DNA of 64,000 nucleotides, taken from positions 6,848,358-6,912,357 of the forward strand of contig CAJINV010000004.1 in assembly GCA_905178155.1 (NCBI GenBank). The letters run 5' to 3'. The stretch is from Amoebophrya sp. A120. Taxonomy: Eukaryota > Protista > Dinoflagellata. Shown here piece by piece: positions 59,420-64,000 of the stretch (positions are counted from its first letter, which is position 1; every line of letters starts with the position of its first letter). The notes beneath the pieces were generated by a model. That model made no database searches, was not told the DNA's origin, and saw only the letters and a program-made list of their open reading frames with translations. A program made the translations under genes and the position numbers.

Positions 59420-62400
59420 TTAGGCCAACATTCTGATGTTTGACCGCAACTTGCACAGAATTTTCCCAGTTTTGTCCTCCTGCTCGTCTTCTACTCCACC
59501 AGGATCTCCATGCAGTTCCCGCAACTTTTGCATCGTCAGGTTGTGTTCCTTGGTCAGCTTCGATAGTACTGTTTCAAAAACCTGCTTCAGTTTAAGATTT
59601 CTTCCGTGGTAGTCTTCGTCATGACCCTCGTAGTTGTCCCCACTTGATGCTGTTGTGCTTCTCCGCTTTTTACTTATAATTTTGGGTGCAGCCACGACAA
59701 TGCAGGTCGTGCTGTTCATCTTGCTGCTGTCTACAACCCTTGGGTTGTAGTTTTTTTCACGTTGGACGACCGCCTTGTCGTGTTTGACTTTCTGCTCGCC
59801 CAGCAGCGAGGAACAAAAAACCACGTACGCGTCAAACAATCTTTGCACGAGCATCGCCAGCTTCTCCAGCACTACGCGGTACAGTTTCCAGTTGCCGTCC
59901 CACCGTCGAGCACAGTCCGCATTGGACAAAACCCAATCCAACAGACCGTGTTGGTTTAGGAGTTCGAGAACTTGCTTTTGGGAAGTAGAACAAGCTCCTG
60001 TAGAAGAAGGAGTACAGCCCCCATAATTATTCCCTGTTTTCTCGTCGTCCTCGTCCCTAGAAGAAACCATATGAAGCGACTCGGACGGTACCAAAGCGCT
60101 GACCGCGGCAACCACCTCGGCAAATACCGTGAACGGGCAGATTTCGCTGGACCCGGATTCCGCAAGGATTTGCTGCATCTTTTTCCCGTTTTTCAGTGGC
60201 AAGTACCCACGGTGCCCGGAGTGCTTCACTATATTGAGGAGGAAGCGCTTTTCTTCGATCGCGTGCTCTGCATCTTCCGACTTCCACAAATCTAAGACCC
60301 AGTTCAAATTTTGCGGCGTGTTTTCGTCGGTCGGGAAGTCCGGCCGGGTGTTGAACAACTTCGCCACTTTGCGAAATAAGTTGTTGCTGTGGATCAGATG
60401 GGAGGTGTTGAATGCTGTTGTACTTGTAGAAGAAGTTCCGGCATTGTTCAACACACTCGTCGTCGAGGAACCGGAAGAACTATCGTGCAGGAGAAACAAC
60501 TGAGCCGATTTCGCGAAAAACATGGCGAAAACAGGGTTGATGGGCTCGACCACGGTAGAAGTTGCTTCTGAAGTTGATGCAGACGCCAAGGGCAGCAAAG
60601 AATTGCGGACCTGGTCGAGCAGCATCGCGATCTGAATCGGGGCAGCCGCGAGGTTCTTTTCGAGGTTAGCGGAAAGCTGCGTCTTTTGCGATAGTTTCGT
60701 ATTGTCGTTTTGGATGTCATCCTCCTGTTGCTCTTCCCCGTCCACCTCCATAGCGACGTCAGCCTCTACTTCTTCTCGCGTTCTTCTTTCCATGTCGACG
60801 TCTTTGTTAACCCCTTCCAAGTCCTCCTTGTCTTTCTCCGAGGATCGTCCACCGTTAGCGGTACAAATTTTCCGAAAACTTTCCACAATCTCCGGCTGTG
60901 CGCTGTGCAGCACCGCTAAGACGTTGAGAGCCAGGCTGCGCACCGTGTCGCACCGCATGCCCAGACTTGCGAGGAGCAGCGGGAAAAGGGTCGATTGGTA
61001 CAACGGCTGGAGGTTCAAGTTGGGCTTCAGAACTCGCGTCAACTCCTCGTCGGTATCATCGCCATGTTGGAGCAGTTCCCGATACAGCGTGCGAAACAGC
61101 ACCCGGAGATCGTAGGCCGTTGCGGTGTCAAATAAAGTCTTCGAAGATGTTGAGGGGTTCAGTATTTGGTGCGCCGCGCTGCTGGTCCTGGTCATCTCAG
61201 CAGTTATTTCTGTCGTTTTTGTCGCCTGCTGATTTGCAGAATTGTACCAGTCGTCCAGGTGCGGGTAAAGGTGTTCCAAGGTGTAGCGCAGTCGGTTCGG
61301 CTCTAACACCTGCAACAGTTGCAATTCCACCGTTTGGTAGTTTTCTTGCTTTCCAAGGAAAACCTCTTTTGCCCCTCCCCACAGAGGCACCACCTGGTCG
61401 AAGGCGTGTTCGCAGAAGGCCGCCAGGTCGTACATTTCCTGGTCGGCAGTCGAGAGGGAGGCGTTGTAGGGGAGAAAGAGGTCCGAGATCTTGTTTATGT
61501 CGTTGGCGTCTGGTACTTGTTTATCAGGGAGTTGCTGGAAAAAGCTCAGGAGTTGCAGGTTCCATTCACAGGGCAGCTTTCTTTTGTCGTTGTACTTGAG
61601 AAAAGACTGCTTTTCGCACTTGCGAGTCGACGTACTTGAAATCTCTTCTGTTAAAAATCCGTTGGTTTTGTTCTTTTCGTCATTTTTTTCCCCCTTCTTT
61701 TTCTTCATCTTCTTCCTGCTCACCGGATACCAGAGCGCTGCTCTCGCCGCCCGTGCTGCGATCCTCCGCGCCTGGGGTAGGAAGTTCGAGCTTCCGACCA
61801 GGTTTTTCACGATAGTAGTTTCAGCTCGGTCCAAAACCTCCAGGCTATAATCTGTCGCTTCGCGGGAAGTTGATGAACTTGAACTATCCAGGGAAGAGGT
61901 AGTAGATTGCACGAACAGTGATGCACAAACCGGGGCTACGATTTGTTCCAAGTAGTCAAATGCCAGGGGCAGAAAAATTTCATCATCGTCGATCTTTTCG
62001 AGCACGTCCACGGTGGCAGGGGTGACGGCGAGTTGTGCTTTTTTGCTCGTTTTTTGTTCTCCTGCTCCTGTGTCAACAACATCTCCTTGTACTTCTTCTT
62101 CTTCTTCTTCCGTGCACCAGCAACTCCGCAGCACTCCGGGCAACAGGTACTGCAACCACAGGTCCGGCGGTGTGAAACGCACGCTGCGTGATCGTTCTTT
62201 TTGGAAATAAAACTCATCTGCGAGTTGTGTGTCTAGGCAGACAGAAGTCTTTATTTTTGCACCGTCTTCTTGTGCTGCTTGTTCCTTTTCCTCGTCGTGC
62301 TGCTGTTTTGCTTTATTTGGTCTGCTTTCGTCCCAATACGTCTGGTTAACAAAAGACAAGAAGCCGAAATACGCCGCCTTTTGCAGTTCAAAATCGTTTG

Positions 62401-64000
62401 TCAAAGACGCGTGGAAAAGCTTGATCTCAGGATCTTCGATCTTGCCGTGGTCCGAGGTCGTTGCCTGTTTAGTTCATGGTGTGGAAATGCTACTTATAGC
62501 TTAATTTTATCTTTTTGTATTTGTTGCGTTTCCTTTTGTTGACCTTGACCCAGCAGTTGTTAGTTGTCATGTGTTTGAAGACAACAGAAAAGAAAAACCA
62601 AAATTCTGTAGATTGTTCTTGCATAAAAAGTATAAAGCAATATTGTCAACAACATCATAATACCTCGTCGTTGCTGTTCCTATTCAGCTTGCCCACCACG
62701 TTCAGCATCGTTTCGCGTTCAATCTTTTGATCCACCGCAGACCCCTCCTGAAGGCGCAGCTGAAACCACATGCGCTGATGGAACGTTATGCATTGCAAAT
62801 ATGTCTGGGTCTGGAAGAATGCAACTTGTGATGCTATTTTTGGAACCCACAAAAATCTGTATTGCATGAGCAGCAAGAGGCGTCCAGTTTTTGCTCCGCG
62901 GAGCGGGCATTTGTCATGCGGGATAGGCATCAAGATTCCCGCAAAAAATCTGTCATGCTAGATCATGCACTACAGGCATCATAGCCCATGCGAAATATGC
63001 ATGACAAACCTGGAAATCTTCCGGACCCAGACATTTTTGCATTTGATAAACGTGCTCACTGAACCATCAAGGCCGTCGTTGAAGATTTCTTTCGGAAATA
63101 AAGATGTTTCGTCCCGGAGGTAGGCAGCGAGGAAGTTTTGCACCACTCTCGATATTATTTCCAGATCTACTTTTGGAGGAGCGTCGCTTTGTTCTTGAGC
63201 TACTACTTCCGCAATTTTGTCTGCCAGCTTTACTCCTGGAGGAGCGCCAAGGGGGCTCGTACTTCTCCGCAGCTGTTCCTTTAACTCCTCCTCAGTCCTG
63301 ACTTTTTGGCCGTTGCGGGTGGATATTTGTCCACTGCGGTCCACGTGCGGTAGGAGAAACATCAGCTTGAGGACAACCAGAAGACGCTGGTTCCTTGCAG
63401 CAGAATAAATTTTGTTCCTTGATGTTGTACATCTATTTTCCTCGACGTCGTCGTTGTCACAAAACCCGGCGATCATCCCCAGTAGCGCGGGCAAGAGGTC
63501 CCTTTTCAGAAAAGTGACATACCCCGCCAAGGACAACTTGTTTTTGGGCCAGAATCGGTTGGACGACAGTGTCACTTGTTCGTGGCCATCTTCCTCTGGC
63601 TTGCTGATGCTGTCCATGTCCATTTCCTCTCGGTGAACAACAACCTTCCTTTTTTTAGTCGCCGGCTCTACAAGTAGGTCTTGCGCTCCTGCTTCGTCAT
63701 CCTGTTGCGCTTCGTCGACGTCCAGTTTCGCTTCGTCGTCCTGTTTATCCGCTTTATCATCCTCGTCCGTGACTGGTGTTCCGTGCGGCACTGAGAGTAC
63801 GTAGGCAGTCAGGGTTTCGCACAGAGCCAATACCAACTCCTCCAACTGCTCGCTTGCGTTCTCTTTTTTCGTCATAGCTGTAATTTGCTCTTCTACAATT
63901 TCAGCAGGTCTGGTACTTCCTACACGCCGGCGGTTCCTCAGAAGGTCAGGTCTAACCAACTGGACGAGCGCGAGGTCATACGCCGGGTGCGCTTTTGGGT
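59420..64000 (-). CDS. URB1: Nucleolar pre-ribosomal-associated protein 1 (URB1/Npa1)-like, 3' part; GT-AG intron 62465-62663 and one introner
   Basis: YNASLSTADQ, AYDLRVL, LLLASLG...VRSLALNVL, MLLDQVRNSL, FAMFFAKSAQ and EKRFLLNIV follow the order of conserved blocks of the URB1 C-terminal (NopRA1) region as I recall them; exons join in frame. Confidence 0.7.
62787..63048. mobile_element. Introner family A
   Basis: TIR tatgcattgcaaatatgtctgggtctggaag / cttccggacccagacatttttgcatttgata; direct repeat aacgt; join VSTF-HQRMW. Confidence 0.93.

Overview
Eukaryotic protist genomic DNA, most likely the parasitic dinoflagellate relative Amoebophrya (strain A120-like). This assignment is inferred from the intron architecture, not from a search. 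Genes are interrupted by at least 17 short (about 180-450 bp) elements with TAT...ATA terminal inverted repeats and, in most cases, 5-bp direct repeats. Removing an element plus one 5-bp repeat restores the host reading frame (two junctions are atypical), so these are non-canonical transposon-derived introns (introners). Unrelated introner families share an internal TGT(C/G)ATGC motif and occur in both orientations. Two introners carry a nested SINE-like element with a (TAC)n tail, and an intact single-ORF LINE in the same window has the same tail. Host genes are all on + from 1 to 39.5 kb and all on - from 49.2 to 64 kb. The convergent switch between them is an AT-rich island hit by four different non-autonomous TIR elements, two with interlocking target duplications. 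Recognisable genes: DUF192 protein, TPR protein, membrane-anchored Mps1/TTK-like kinase with a novel C-terminal domain and an adjacent kinase-less paralog, 2OG-Fe(II) oxygenase-like protein, URB1/Npa1. Coordinates were read by hand and spliced models are unverified by RNA data.
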